A DNA stretch of 63,815 nt, the filler included, from Gonapodya sp. JEL0774 (Eukaryota), in the NCBI GenBank assembly GCA_027604505.1. It is 50 parts of 50 records of this genome, joined end to end, with 100 filler letters (N's around TTAATTAATTAA, not from the genome) between each part and the next. Parts side by side here need not be neighbours in the genome. Positions count along the whole stretch, not along the records: positions 11,578 to 12,761 come from JADIIX010003651.1; positions 12,862 to 14,045 come from JADIIX010003652.1; positions 14,146 to 15,329 come from JADIIX010003653.1; positions 15,430 to 16,611 come from JADIIX010003654.1; positions 16,712 to 17,893 come from JADIIX010003655.1; positions 17,994 to 19,175 come from JADIIX010003656.1; positions 19,276 to 20,456 come from JADIIX010003657.1; positions 20,557 to 21,737 come from JADIIX010003658.1; 42 more parts are not named here. One strand, given 5' to 3'. Made by a program: the position numbers and the translations under genes. Each line of letters starts with the position of its first letter. Position 1 is the first letter of the stretch. Positions 11,578 to 24,397 of the stretch are shown here, piece after piece. The notes under the pieces were generated by a model. It was given only the letters and a program-made list of their open reading frames with translations, made no database searches and was not told the DNA's origin.

Positions 11578-12761
11578 GATGTCGGCGAGTAACTGGGAGA
11601 AGTCGGCGAGTAACCAGGGGATGTCGGTCTAAGCGAGACAAACGGACCAGTTCAAGCGGTGCAAATCGAGAAGAAAGCAACATAACCGCTTACGAGTATC
11701 CTGGGCTTGTAGGACTGATGCCACATAAATGAGGAAATCCAGGGAGAGGTCAAGAATGATGTTCGATTGAACAAAATGATTCCATGTGAAACTCACGAAT
11801 AGCCAGGACTTGTTGGAACATATCCTGGTGTATAGGCGCCAGGAGTACCGGGTGTACCTCCAAACGGGGAGTACGCTCCGCTTCGACTGGGAGTCCATCT
11901 TCCCGATTCTCTCCCGGAATCGGCACCAATCGGCGAGAACTGTGGCTCTGCAAAGTTATCATACTGAGGTCCCGATGGACTGGCTTGGTAAAATTGAGTT
12001 CCTGAGGGCGACATCGGTGTGCGGTGATCAGGGGTCTTGCTACCTCCCGATATGTCATTGAAAAAGTTCCCCATATATTGCAATCCTGGACCGGACCGAG
12101 CATTCGCCTCAAGTACTTGCTCATCGAGTAGCACATCGAATTCTCCTGTACCGAGTGGCGCCAACTGCCCTAGAATAATATTCTCGCTGACGCCTCGGCA
12201 TATATCTGTTTCACCCGAGCCTGCAGCTTCGAGAAGAATTTCCACGGTTTCTTCAAAGGACGACCTCGCAAGCACTCCCCCTTCACGTCGGTTGATCCCG
12301 TGGCGAGTGATGGACATGAGGCCACCTTTTTGACACATCACGTCTGCCAAAAGCGAAAGATGTCGGTAATTCACATAAGAACCGTCGAATTCAATAACCT
12401 TTCGAAGCTCCTTCAGCAAAGCGTTGCGAGTGGCCTCAATACCCAACACGTTGTAGACTTCTACAGGTGCATTGGAGTATAGAGTGGCAAAGTCCACTTC
12501 TTCAACAGCCATTACTTCCCGCATGTTGATACCGTCTGTCTCGAGTACATTCTCGGTGACCATTTCGATTACCTTAGTGTCCTTATTTACTCTGGAAACG
12601 CGCTGCTCCGTGATGTAGACACGGCGAATATTTGGGATGCCACCCAAAGTCAAGGTATTCATCAGATTGCTTTCGACATCCCGTAGGATTGTGTCTTCAC
12701 TCTGTGTAGACTCTTCAAGAGAGTCCTCCATTTTCTCGTCCTTGTTGATCCTTATGACGAT
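11578..12761 (-). CDS. RPB1: RNA polymerase II largest subunit, C-terminal region and start of the CTD
   Basis: LGIEATRNALLKE, FDGSYVNYRHL, SFEETVEIL, RGVSENIILGQLAPLGTG and YSPTSPS heptads. Introns at 11629-11693 and 11715-11796. Confidence 0.99.
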
Positions 12762-12861
12762 NNNNNNNNNNNNNNNNNNNNNNNNNNNNNNNNNNNNNNN
12801 NNNNNTTAATTAATTAANNNNNNNNNNNNNNNNNNNNNNNNNNNNNNNNNNNNNNNNNNNN

Positions 12862-13968
12862 CGCGTTGGTATAGGGGACATCAAGGCCCCATGGAAAGCC
12901 AGTCGCACTGATTTTGGGTAAAAGATGGTTGACCACTGCGTAGAGAGAGGGCAATCGCAAGGACTGTGTAACATGCAACTCACACTTGCGGAGCCCAGAG
13001 CATCGCGGTCGATTTGCAGGTTGAGCACGCCTTTATGGCTTCTGCGACTCTTCGGAAAGCCTTCTTGTACTGCATGGGTCTGTTCGGCAAGTCACGAAAC
13101 TCCGTGAAAGGAGTACCCAAAAGCGATCGTACATGTGGTCAGATGAACTAACCGCCATCCCCAGGCATACCACCTATCAATGACATCATTCGGTGATCGT
13201 CAGTGTTGCCCTCCTGGTTGCAACGCGTCCTGGGTGTACTTACCATCCGTTCATTTCGTGACCGAAACTTGAGTGAAAAAAACATCAATGAAGTTCTCGG
13301 CCTCCATTCGGAAACCATTACAGAAGAGCACACTTACCGTAGAAAGACACTGACTCCTTTCTCATTCAAATCTCGAATCATGGAAACCACGTCATCCAAA
13401 ACTGTCTTGTTGTTAAGGGTGCTATCGTCTAAAGCGACAACTTCCACCGGTTGAAAAGTAAGCATCAGCTGAGGTGGGGTTGTTCCATCAGCACCGACGA
13501 CGGGGAAAGGCTTGGTCTTGACTGTGGCATTGACGAATGCGATATCATCGTTCCCGAGGGGGAATTTTACGAAGATCGAGTAAGTCAAGAAGGGGGATCC
13601 CAGACGACGAGAAATGTTGTTTGGCTGGTCCCAATCCCAATCGACTGATTCGAGGTAGCAAGCAACGAGTTTGGTTTTTCGGAAGGGTGGGCAGACAGGG
13701 ATGTTGTACCCGAGAAAACATAATGTGATGTCATCTCTCTGAGGAGATTGGCCATTACTATCCCATCATGCTTACGTGTAGCTCCTAGATATACTTTGTT
13801 GCCGTCTGGAACAGGAATTGGGTTGTTGGCCAGAGAGGAAGGGGATCCTGCAGTGGGAGAAGGCACCGGTGCGAAAGTGATATTCTGTGCCACCACATGG
13901 AAGCACAGCAAGAAACTGAATACGGCTGCCGTTGTGGATTTCTGGATTCGTGACTTTCGGCTCAGCAT
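12862..13968 (-). CDS. Secreted glycoside hydrolase family 26 protein (5' part, many small exons)
   Basis: Signal peptide. The spliced sequence VFLR-FGHEMNGW-WYAWGWR-PMQYKKAF...TAMLWAP contains the GH26 acid/base motif HEMNG. Confidence 0.85.
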
Positions 13969-14849
13969 TGATTGCGGTATGTGGAAGAGGAAGGGATGCA
14001 CGCCGCTCCTGTGGCCTTTGATATGTTGCCCTTTTAGGCAATTTTNNNNNNNNNNNNNNNNNNNNNNNNNNNNNNNNNNNNNNNNNNNNTTAATTAATTA
14101 ANNNNNNNNNNNNNNNNNNNNNNNNNNNNNNNNNNNNNNNNNNNNTTCCGGCGACCAACGTGATAAGGCAGGGTAACTGATGCTAATCCCCCAGCCGGTT
14201 CTGGGATATCAAGGCAAGTTCTGCGTAAATAGTAATGTGTGTGAAATGTTTGAACGGGTGAAAGTTTCCAGGGGAAGTTGGCGAGCTGCATTCTTGGCGT
14301 TACTCACATTGGAACAATCCCACGCTCTCCGGTTTCGTCTTCCACCATGGCCCAGCCTGCGAAGTTCAAGGTCCGTGAACGTCAGTGGCTATCCTTTTTC
14401 GTGCAGCATTTCAACATGCATACGTACCGTCACGATACAAAATTCGGAGGTAAACGAAGTCATTCACCACCAGCTTCATCTCCTCATCAGCTTGAGGTTC
14501 GGCATACTAAAACATCCAGGACGATTTTAGCCCCGCGCTTGTTGTTATGTTGCACAGCGTCCAGATGACTCACCTCGGAAATGACCTTGAGAGGATTCGG
14601 TTGGTCACTCGGATACATCACACTTGGGTTGCGTGAAGGTGCATTCACCACGCTTGAAACGTGGGTGAAGAACCACTAATTTGTTGGGGAGATCCAGATG
14701 ATTCAGCACCATTCAAGCAGAAAACCGGAACAGATCAAGATCATCATAAATGAACGACTCACATGAACCTTCAAACACCACGGAGCAAACCGAAAGCATG
14801 AGTCACAATACCACAGCTAAATTGAAATTTACATTTCTCAAAACTCACT

Positions 14850-15329
14850 TGAGAGGTACCCATAGGTCCTGGAACCGCTCCCAATGAAGCCGTTGGAACC
14901 ACTGCCGGAGCTGCCGAGGGACTTAGAATGGGTGATGCAGGAGCTGGGGCGAATACAACGGCCGGAGCGCCAAAAGGCAATGGTGCTGTGGAAATCGGAG
15001 GGGGGGCAGTTCTGGCCGCTGGGACGACGGGGGAGCTTATGGGAGCCATTGGGACGACAACAACAGGAGATGTCGTGGTTGTTGCGGTTCCTGCTTTCAG
15101 GGTAGTTATGAACAGGTGAGCTCAGCGTGTGCGTTGACCGCGGCGATCACGCACCAGCCTTCGTCACAGCCTTTGGAGACTCCTTCTCGCAAGCGTCACA
15201 GAGTCCTTCGCAAAGATCACAACAACAGCTTTCGATGACAATTGATTAGCTGCACCGCCAAAACATACTTGTTCCGCAGTTCGTACCAGAAACAGTCTTC
15301 AAGATCACAGTCTTCAAAACAGCAGCAGA
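14850..15329 (-). CDS. Cysteine-rich acidic peptide followed by a Pro/Ala/Thr-rich tail (partial, spliced)
   Basis: Two GT-AG introns give CCCFEDCDLEDCFCCCCDLCEGLCDACEKESPKAVTKAAGTATTTTSPVVVP... Confidence 0.6.
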
Positions 15330-15436
15330 NNNNNNNNNNNNNNNNNNNNNNNNNNNNNNNNNNNNNNNNNNNNTTAATTAATTAANNNNNNNNNNNNNNN
15401 NNNNNNNNNNNNNNNNNNNNNNNNNNNNNAACTGTC

Positions 15437-16052
15437 ATGGGAAGCAGGCCTGGTTCCGGAGGTAAAGCGCCTGCCCCAATGAAGAAGAAAGATCCGCCAA
15501 AGAAAGCAGGGAAGTGGACACCTGAGGAGGTTGCTGGTGAGAATTGGACTTCATGTCGTTAGTGCCGTGTTTGGCTGACGTGTCCTTTTCCCGTGTCAAC
15601 AGCTGCGTATGAGCGGATGGCCGTCAATGAAATGGAGATTGCACGAGGTAGTGTCGCCCTTGGGGGATTGTTGGAGGGGGTCGACGAAGTGAGTCGCCCG
15701 CATTGGCTTCAAAGTCTTGGAAGCGTGCGATGAAAATTCAATCATCAACTATCATATCTTTTGTGCATCAAATCGAAAGATCACGACCGACCTCGTACTC
15801 GAGGAGCTGTACCCCGGTGTTACACCTTTACCATCTCTCGACGTGCCGACTCCCTCAACCTCTTCACTGGGAGTATCTGGTGCTGGAGGGAAGAAAAATG
15901 CCAAGCAGCAGCCACAGGAAGTTGTGGAACCGCCACCGAAGATACCAGAGCTCGGACCGAACGGAAAGAGGGTGGTCACTATGGTGAAAGTGGGGATCGG
16001 ACTGAACTTGCGAAAGGAAGTGGTGAACAATAATCAGAAAACTGGAGAATAA
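15437..16052 (+). CDS. Unidentified Lys/Pro-rich protein, 3' exons
   Basis: Open exons with GTGAG donors at ~15537 and ~15689; stop at 16052. Confidence 0.45.
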
Positions 16053-16218
16053 TGGGGCAACTAACTTCATTCATAGTTTGTAAAGATCCAAATGGGTCTC
16101 ATAAGAAGCAGTTTGTCGGTCTCGAATTTTGATTGGTCAGTTCTTTTTGTCCAATCACAATCCACGTTCCCTCTGCCCGACACTTCCCCGACACTCTCGA
16201 AGACTCCCCGCTCAAAAC

Positions 16219-16611
16219 ATGTCTGCTCCGCAGGTCGAACAGGTGCGACATCATCATCTTATTGATTGCGTGGAGGACCGTTTTGGATGCCCGGACTGAC
16301 CCCAGAACCCCATTCTCGTCTTTGAAAACTCTCGAAATGAAAACCCCAATTCTGGAACCGGACTGTTGACACTCCCCTCTGTTCCCTCATCAGAACGAGC
16401 GCGCATACCTCAAACAGGAGGGTGTCTTTCACAACGCGAAGCTCGCCGCCCGCAAGGGTGGAGACCGGGAGCGCCGGTGGTACAAGGAGGTTGGACTCGG
16501 GTTCAAGACCCCGAAGGAGGCCAAGGAGGGGACCTACGTGGACAAGAAGTGCCCGTTCACTGGGGATGTGTCGATCCGCGGGAGGATTTTGACTGGTGTC
16601 GTACGGTCCAC
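16219..16611 (+). CDS. RPS11: 40S ribosomal protein S11 (uS17), 5' part
   Basis: [16 protein letters not shown]...[41 protein letters not shown]; intron at 16243-16393. Confidence 0.98.
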
Positions 16612-17993
16612 NNNNNNNNNNNNNNNNNNNNNNNNNNNNNNNNNNNNNNNNNNNNTTAATTAATTAANNNNNNNNNNNNNNNNNNNNNNNNNNNNNNNNN
16701 NNNNNNNNNNNGACATCACCCCTTCACAGCCGGTTCACCCCACAGCCACAGCCTCATTCACCTGGCCCCAGTGACGAGACTTTCACCAGCACTCTGCTTC
16801 CCTCTTCAGAATACCTCGGAATCTTTCTCCTGGAAAATGTCCCAAGAACGACAGCCCGGACTGGTGTATCCCCCACCGACAGCAGTGAGCTCACTTGCAC
16901 GGACGCACATCCCTCCTTTGTCAGTCGTCCATGTTGACTTACAACTGCTTTGAAATACCTGTCAATTTGGCCTTGTTGCCCGTTCTTCTCTTTCTACTGG
17001 AAACTGCGAAACTGGCTTATTCCGGTCTTGAGGTTCCTGGATGGCCTTGGGGAGATCCACAGCCATTACAGCGACCTACAAAGCGTGATCTCAACAGGAT
17101 CGCTGCTGGTAAGACCCCTCTGGACACAGTCGCGAGGCGTTTTGACCATAGAGATCCCACAACGTGGCGAGCTCCTGTGGCACGTGAGTGCAGACACACA
17201 CCAACACCCCATGTCTCATGATGTTAGTCGACTGATCCCTCCACATCATCTCAAATGCCCTATACTCTGGATGACAGCTGTTCAAATCGCTCCAGCAACC
17301 TCCACCTCGGCTTCCAGGAACACAAAATCCAAGAGACAACAACCGGGGGCCAGCAGTGGTGGAACCGCGATTGTGCCAAGTGCCAGAGAGCGTCGTCAGA
17401 AACGGCGTAGGCCTAGTGGTAAGTGATCAGTGACGTTTCTTCGCCATGTTTGGTCCAGCCGTCGCGGTTTCAATCCCTCGCTCATCAACGGATGTTTGTG
17501 TGGGGGCGTCTGTACCAACTGGTTTAACTGCAGCGGAGGATGAGATGGGGGATCATGACTTCACAGCTTGTGAGTGCATCAATGTTGGGGCTTAAATCTG
17601 AGGCGAGGGAGATCCGTCGTAACACAGTTTGCTTGTTGGCGATTGATCGTCAAGCAGCCGGCATCCTGTCTCAACCCCTGGCGCAGTCAGCAAATGCGAA
17701 CCGGCGCAGCGCCAGACTTGCCAAGATGGAGCGGACAGCGTATGAGGGTCCTGAGGAGGAGTATTCTGTTGATATGGAAGGAGAATCTGATCCTACGTGA
17801 GTCACCTTCAAAGACACGGCCTTGGTGGACTCAGTTTATTATTCAAGCTTGTTCTCCCTCAAACTTCAGAGTCTACGGCCGTGGAAGAAGAAGNNNNNNN
17901 NNNNNNNNNNNNNNNNNNNNNNNNNNNNNNNNNNNNNTTAATTAATTAANNNNNNNNNNNNNNNNNNNNNNNNNNNNNNNNNNNNNNNNNNNN

Positions 17994-19175
17994 CGAAGCT
18001 CCGATACGCTGCTGGATTCGCCAGTGCTCCCCTACGGTCCCCGCAGCGAGGTTATCAATGGCAAATTCGCTACTTGGAACATCTCCCACAAAGTACTCGG
18101 CTCTGGCAGCTTTGCTGTTGTCAAGGAAGCTATAAATCTAGAGACTGGGAACAAGGTGAGCTTTTCTTCTGTCAACTCTAGTGATTACGAGACCGTCTTC
18201 GCACGGAAGCTATTTTTTGTGTTGCACACTATCATCTCATCGCACATGCACACTTTTCTCACATCCTATGCACAGGCCGTCGTCAAAATATGCACTCTCG
18301 GCTCACCCTCGGGAAGCTCATCCCACCACAACCTGTACCCTTTCCGAGAACTCGCGACCTTGTCCCACGTTGGCGTCATCCACCACCCAAACATCGTCCG
18401 ATTACTCGATGGGTGCATCGTCAACGACTCTGTATACATCTTTGAGGAGAAGGTCGAAGGTGTCGAACTCTTTGATTACCTCGTGAGTAAACTACGCGTT
18501 TGGGTTGTTGTTTGTTCATCTGAAATTGTTGTTTGTAAACTCATTTCGCTCTCCTTCACTATTTCCCACTCCAGAAATCTCACGGTGGCCGCTTGCCCAT
18601 CGAGCAGGTCCGCACCATCACCGCCCAGCTCCTCTCTGCTCTACGCCATATCCACAAGCTGGGTGTTCTGCACCGCGACATCAAACTCGACAACATCATC
18701 ATCAACGCGCAAACACTCCACGTTACTCTTATTGACTTCAACCTCGCATCCTTTTACCGAGACGATGCGCCCTTGTCCGAGCCCGTTGGATGCATCAACT
18801 ATTCCTCGCCCCAGATTCTGGAGATCGCCGTCAAGGGCACGACTTACTTGCCCGCGCAAGGGTGGTCGGACCTGTGGGCCCTCGGAGTCGCAATTTACGG
18901 TATGATGGTTGGGTGAGTAGTCAAAAGTCGTGCTTTCGCATGCAGCATCACTTTCGTTGCATAAGGTCTTCCTCTGACCTTCTTCATCAAACCTCCAGGT
19001 TCTTCCCCTTCAAATCTGAGCAAGCACGATCTCTTCTCAAAGAACAAACTCGCCTCACCTCCAAACCCCTCAACTGGTTCGTCGAAGACATCGACCCTGT
19101 CGGCCGCGCCTTTGTCGAACGCATCCTCACACCGCTCTCTGTCGGTACCATCTCCGCCGAGTCGCTCATGCAAGA
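17994..19175 (+). CDS. Ser/Thr protein kinase (CAMK-like) with variant DFN and SPQ motifs
   Basis: LGSGSFAVVK, HHPNIVRL, HRDIKLDN, LIDFNLA, YSSPQIL and DLWALGV; three introns. Confidence 0.92.
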
Positions 19176-19275
19176 NNNNNNNNNNNNNNNNNNNNNNNNN
19201 NNNNNNNNNNNNNNNNNNNTTAATTAATTAANNNNNNNNNNNNNNNNNNNNNNNNNNNNNNNNNNNNNNNNNNNN

Positions 19276-20456
19276 AAACAAACGTGTAAAACGGAGCATA
19301 GGTTCCGCATCCGAATCAACGTCGGATTTGCTGTTCCCAACTTCGTTCGGTGAAACCACAAACGCAACACTTTCTCTGTCCACGCCTCTGACGCCCAACA
19401 CATCAAGTCCTTCTTCCGTAAGCGTTCCCGTCTTCACGAGCAAATATGCAAATCGACAGTGGTGGTTCGGGAATTGTGCACATCAGAGATTGCCAAAGAG
19501 TATATATACACATCACCTGCTGACCTGCACGCACCTTGTCAAACACCCAAACGTCTACTTTCCCTGCAACATTCACTCGGCTCGGTGAGATGCAGAAGAT
19601 TCCTTGTTCACGGAGACGGTCGAGCGCGAATTGTGTTCCAATGGACATTGTGGCAGGCAGAGCTTTTGATGTCGGAAAGGGGCAGATCGTCCAGGAGAGA
19701 ACTTTCCCCTACAAAACAAATACGAACATCTTACTCACCTGGAGGAACGCAGACGGTTATCATGTCGAGTGCTCTCCGAACGATTATGCTCCAATGGACT
19801 CCCTGTCGAATAAAACTATACAACGAGAACATGAACCCCATACATGCCAGTCCGCAGAGAACGCCAATAAATCGGAAGGAATCACGGTAAAACGAAAATG
19901 TTGAAGGTTTGGGGAAGAGCATGGATCGAACAAGAGAGCCCTTGGTTGTGTTGAATGACGTTCGCAAAGCAAGAGCAAGGCTCCCTCCGTTGGGCGGGAT
20001 GGGAAGTGAAGGCATCACAAGGTCAGGTGTGTTCACCGACGCCGGTGACGGTCCTGAGTGTGTGTGAATGGACGAAGGGATCCCTGCGAGTGAAGTAGTC
20101 TGAACTAGTCGCGCAGCAGGTCCCTTGACCCGAATGACCCTGGTACCTCCGAACAAGAAGAACCGCTGAACCTTTGATGAGTTGGTGGGGTCATCTCGAG
20201 ATAAATCTAGCACGCCGATTTCCGCGTCCGGGACCGCAGTCTTTGTGACGGGGACAGATTCTCCCGTTAGCATGGCTTCGTTGACAATGCACTCCCCAAG
20301 AAGCAAAAGGGCGTCACAGGGCAGGATTCCGGTGTCCACAGGCTCAACGCGCCCCGTTTGTTCTGTTTGGATGCTCTTCGCTGTGAAATTGGAGGTGTGA
20401 ACAGGTTCGGATTTGTCCGTATCATCCGACAGAATTGGTGGTGCGCCGGGCGGCTT
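19276..20456 (-). CDS. YPK9: P5B-type ATPase (Ypk9/ATP13A family), central part
   Basis: [60 protein letters not shown] and [12 protein letters not shown]. Confidence 0.9.
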
Positions 20457-20786
20457 NNNNNNNNNNNNNNNNNNNNNNNNNNNNNNNNNNNNNNNNNNNN
20501 TTAATTAATTAANNNNNNNNNNNNNNNNNNNNNNNNNNNNNNNNNNNNNNNNNNNNTTCACTCGTCCTCCATGGTACCCATCCAACGGCGACCTGCTCCG
20601 CGTTGATGCAATCTTCATGCATTATCGATTTGACAACTCTTGAGGATAACTCGCCGTACGAGGCTTCCCAGTCGCCAACTAATGAAAAAGAACTAACTGT
20701 CGAGGATGCAGCAACAACATGTTTCGGGAGCGGTTGCCGGCAGAGGGCCTAACAATTGTCAGAGCGGATCGCCCAATCATGACACC

Positions 20787-21737
20787 TCAAAACAGTTCCA
20801 CCTGTGCACATACCTCTACCACCTCCTTTGACCCACCTGAGATGATATGCACTGCAATACAGGCATGAGGAACCCACGGCGTGGATGTTTCTGCGGCGTG
20901 CTCCGCAGCCGTAGAGATGCTTGCAATGAGCGGTCCCAGTGAAATGGCCGACTCGGAGGAAGCATTTGACGACGTGGAGGATGAGCTAGCCGAGACATTG
21001 GAAGATGCAGCTCCGTGTATTGCAGATGCCGTGTCGTGTGTTTCGATGGTAACATCGGATCGCCTGACGCCGCTCAACCGTTACAACAGCAAAAGCCATT
21101 GTTGCAATGAAATCACTCACCAGCCACCTATCTTGCCTCCTGCAATCGCAGCAAACCTCGCTATCTTCCCAGCAGCGCACTGCAATTGTTCTACCGCCTC
21201 GGCCGCCGGGAGATCCTCGGTGGTGAGTTGAGAAGCGACATTTGTGAGGGAGGAAACAGCCCAATGTACGGTCCTTTTGGTGGCACGGTCTATCTCGATG
21301 GTTGACACACCGGGGGTTGGAACGGTCTGTGAGAGGCAGTGTTGGGGATGAATGGAGAGTGTGACTGGATATAGTGGGTCCTTGTCCGTTAAAAACGCAA
21401 CCCACCTCAACCAACTGAAAGGCCTCCAACACCAAGGCAAATGTCTCATCCATGACTGGACTTATTCCTCGTTTCTGGAGCAGCGCCTCGTCGAAATTGT
21501 TGGTGACTCCACTCAGAATCGCCTTCAACCCTCGGGGTTTGAGGACAGACGACGCAGTGGCAAGTCGGGTGGGCACATTGGGGGAGCGAAGGAGGAGTCT
21601 GAGAAAGAGGAGACGTTCGATATGGGATGCCCGCAGTCCTTCTGATTCTGAAGGTGTATTTTCCTTCCTCCCAAGCGCCATCACAACCTCTCCCAAAAAG
21701 TCGCCCACTCCAACTCCTTCCGGCGCGCCGAATTTGG
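20787..21737 (-). CDS. Unidentified helical protein, 3' exons
   Basis: Successive overlapping ORFs with plausible splice sites; stop at 20787. Confidence 0.4.
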
Positions 21738-21837
21738 NNNNNNNNNNNNNNNNNNNNNNNNNNNNNNNNNNNNNNNNNNNNTTAATTAATTAANNNNNNN
21801 NNNNNNNNNNNNNNNNNNNNNNNNNNNNNNNNNNNNN

Positions 21838-22863
21838 ACTGGCATGTAAGGTGTGAAATTGAATACGCGAGACCCCATGAAGTCCAAATACAGATTCTGC
21901 GGGGACCTACCAACGTGTTTTCCATCGAGCCAAGACGTAGTCACAGTGGTGATGAAGAACTGAAGTTGATAGAATTACAAGAATGTGTATGATTGTCCTG
22001 TAGGATCGAAGGGAAACAATATCCAGCACCCAAACTCACCTGGCTGCCGTTCGTGTCCTTTCCGGCATTTGCCATGCTTAGAATACCAGGTCCTTTGTGC
22101 CTGAGCTCTGGGTGGGAGTGTCAAGTTGAAAGGAAATGTGAATACTTTGTGACGACCAATAATACCAACTGGTCCAAGAACCCACTGAAGTTCTCGTCCT
22201 TGAACTTTTCACCGTAAATAGACTTGCCACCGGTTCCATCGCCGCGAGTGAAGTCTCCACCCTGGATTGGAAGGTGTCTGCATAAGCGGCAGAAGAGAAT
22301 CTGGCCCCTTGACATCCTGAGCATGTTCGTCTTGCTTACCTGGATCATGAAATTCTTGATAAGTCTGTGGAATTTGGATCCCTTGTACCCGAATCCGCGC
22401 TGTTTCCACAGTGGAATATGTGATCCCGTTAGCAGTACTCAAATACATCAGCACTCGTCCAATCTTGGCCCGACCCCACGGTGACCTTACCTCCCCTGTT
22501 GCAAGAGCCCTGAAGTTCTCAGCCGTCTTGGGAACCGTTTCACCAAAGAGTCCAATGACGATGCGACCGAGTTCCTTCTCCCCTTGTTTAATGTCGAAAA
22601 ACACTTTGTGGGTGATTGTAGGCTCTGCAAACCGACACGGCCGCATTAATACAGGGAAAAAAGAATTCAAGTAGCGTTTTCAGCCGCCAGGGAATCGCCG
22701 ATGCTTCGCGACAGCTCCTTGTTGAACGCAAGAATCGCGGCTTGCCGATCATGATCCTCCACTCACTTTTCGGTTTCGCCTCGGCAGGCGAGGCCGAGGC
22801 GAGCACCACGGCTGCTACAAGCAGTGACGCGACGAGAATTCGGGCAGTCGGTGCGAACTTCAT
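21838..22863 (-). CDS. CPR5: Cyclophilin B (ER peptidyl-prolyl isomerase)
   Basis: Signal peptide, [67 protein letters not shown] and WLDGKH. Confidence 0.93.
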
Positions 22864-23117
22864 CCCTGAAAGAGAGTTGTTTGGGATCGATTGCCAGCGA
22901 ATCAACTGCACGACCTTGTCGGCAAAGATCACCGTCATGAACAAACAGCAGGTAGCCGAACAAGAATATGTCACAAAGCCCTTCTTTTACATAAACGATG
23001 GGTAACGAATTATGCAANNNNNNNNNNNNNNNNNNNNNNNNNNNNNNNNNNNNNNNNNNNNTTAATTAATTAANNNNNNNNNNNNNNNNNNNNNNNNNNN
23101 NNNNNNNNNNNNNNNNN

Positions 23118-23261
23118 GAGTTTCTCGTCCACCTCCTCCTTGGGTTTCCTCCTTCCAGACGAAGGCCGGCCTCCCACGCCAGGTGTCACCCCTACAGATT
23201 CAGCTGTATTTTGATCGCCAGAGTGAGACTCGGCGGCTTGGCGAGCGCGAGAATCGGACAT
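23118..23261 (-). CDS. N-terminus of an unidentified protein (divergent from the next gene)
   Basis: ATG at 23261 opens MSDSRARQAAESHSG..., which stays open to the contig end. Confidence 0.35.
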
Positions 23262-23769
23262 GGAATGGGAGTGATATGAACACCTGGGCAAAGTGTTATC
23301 CGAGGCAGCACCCACGAACACCACACTGTTGTGTATGAATGCACAAGAAATGGCGTTATAGGCATTGTACAATGACATCAGAGAATGAATTCGATGACAA
23401 CTACATTTGGTTTCAAACGACTTGCAGACAAGGTCTGGATTGAACGGAATGTGATCGTCGATGAACATGAACATTTCTTGTTTCCTTTTAGCTGCTCCAG
23501 CCGTCTAACTTTCGATCCATAGAACTAGGGGGGAGAATGCCATACTGTCTCGCATGTTCGGTCGACGACCGGTACACATCTAACTTTTTATAGAACCTGC
23601 CAATATTTCTAGTACTTGTTTGTGTTGTTCTCTGTCACAACCAATAATTGGATGAATCATGCTTTGCACATGCCACATCAACCTGCCAGCGGTGGGCGTC
23701 GTTGTTCTTGTGCGTGGAACAAAAAAAACTCGGCCACAAAATCTCGAACTCTTGCTTGATATTCTCAAA

Positions 23770-24281
23770 ATGAGCGCCCGAACACGAGTAAATGCTCTCG
23801 GACGCTCTCTGGTTTCACCGCGATCGCGTGTTTTCCTGAATCCGGTGCCGTTGAACTGCAGCTCGACCACGTCGACTATCCGTCGAGCAGCTCAACCGTT
23901 CTCATCGCTCAGGAGCAACGTCGGCGATTCGAACAACGTGGATTATCGCAGACGGATCACTACTGCCACTTTCAGGAGAACTGCGACTTGCCTTAGCGGG
24001 ACATTTGCGTTCTCAGTGGCGCGCAACTCGCACTTTTCTACTTCTCGCTCCCTGGCGAATGAGAGGACACAAGCCACCGCCACTCCGACTGGGACCTTAT
24101 TTTCTGCCGCTTCCGCAGGCTCGAAAGAGCGTGAAACTTACAATCGTACCAACGTCCGCACACCGGCCCCTCAGTTGAAGTTTCGCGACAGGATAGATAA
24201 CGCTGGTGAACGACCGTTCATCAGTAAACTAAGGGAAAAACTTCACTCCAAAGTACCAATGACTGACAAAGGGAAGGTGCA
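23770..24281 (+). CDS. First exon of a probable mitochondrial protein
   Basis: Arg/Ser-rich, acid-poor N-terminus like a presequence; ends at a GTGAGT donor at 24282. Confidence 0.55.
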
Positions 24282-24397
24282 GTGAGTGATTCATCTTNNN
24301 NNNNNNNNNNNNNNNNNNNNNNNNNNNNNNNNNNNNNNNNNTTAATTAATTAANNNNNNNNNNNNNNNNNNNNNNNNNNNNNNNNNNNNNNNNNNNN

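Noticed and set aside
16243..16393. Intronic snoRNA in the long RPS11 intron
   Set aside because: No convincing box C (RTGATGA) paired with box D, and no clear H/ACA structure.
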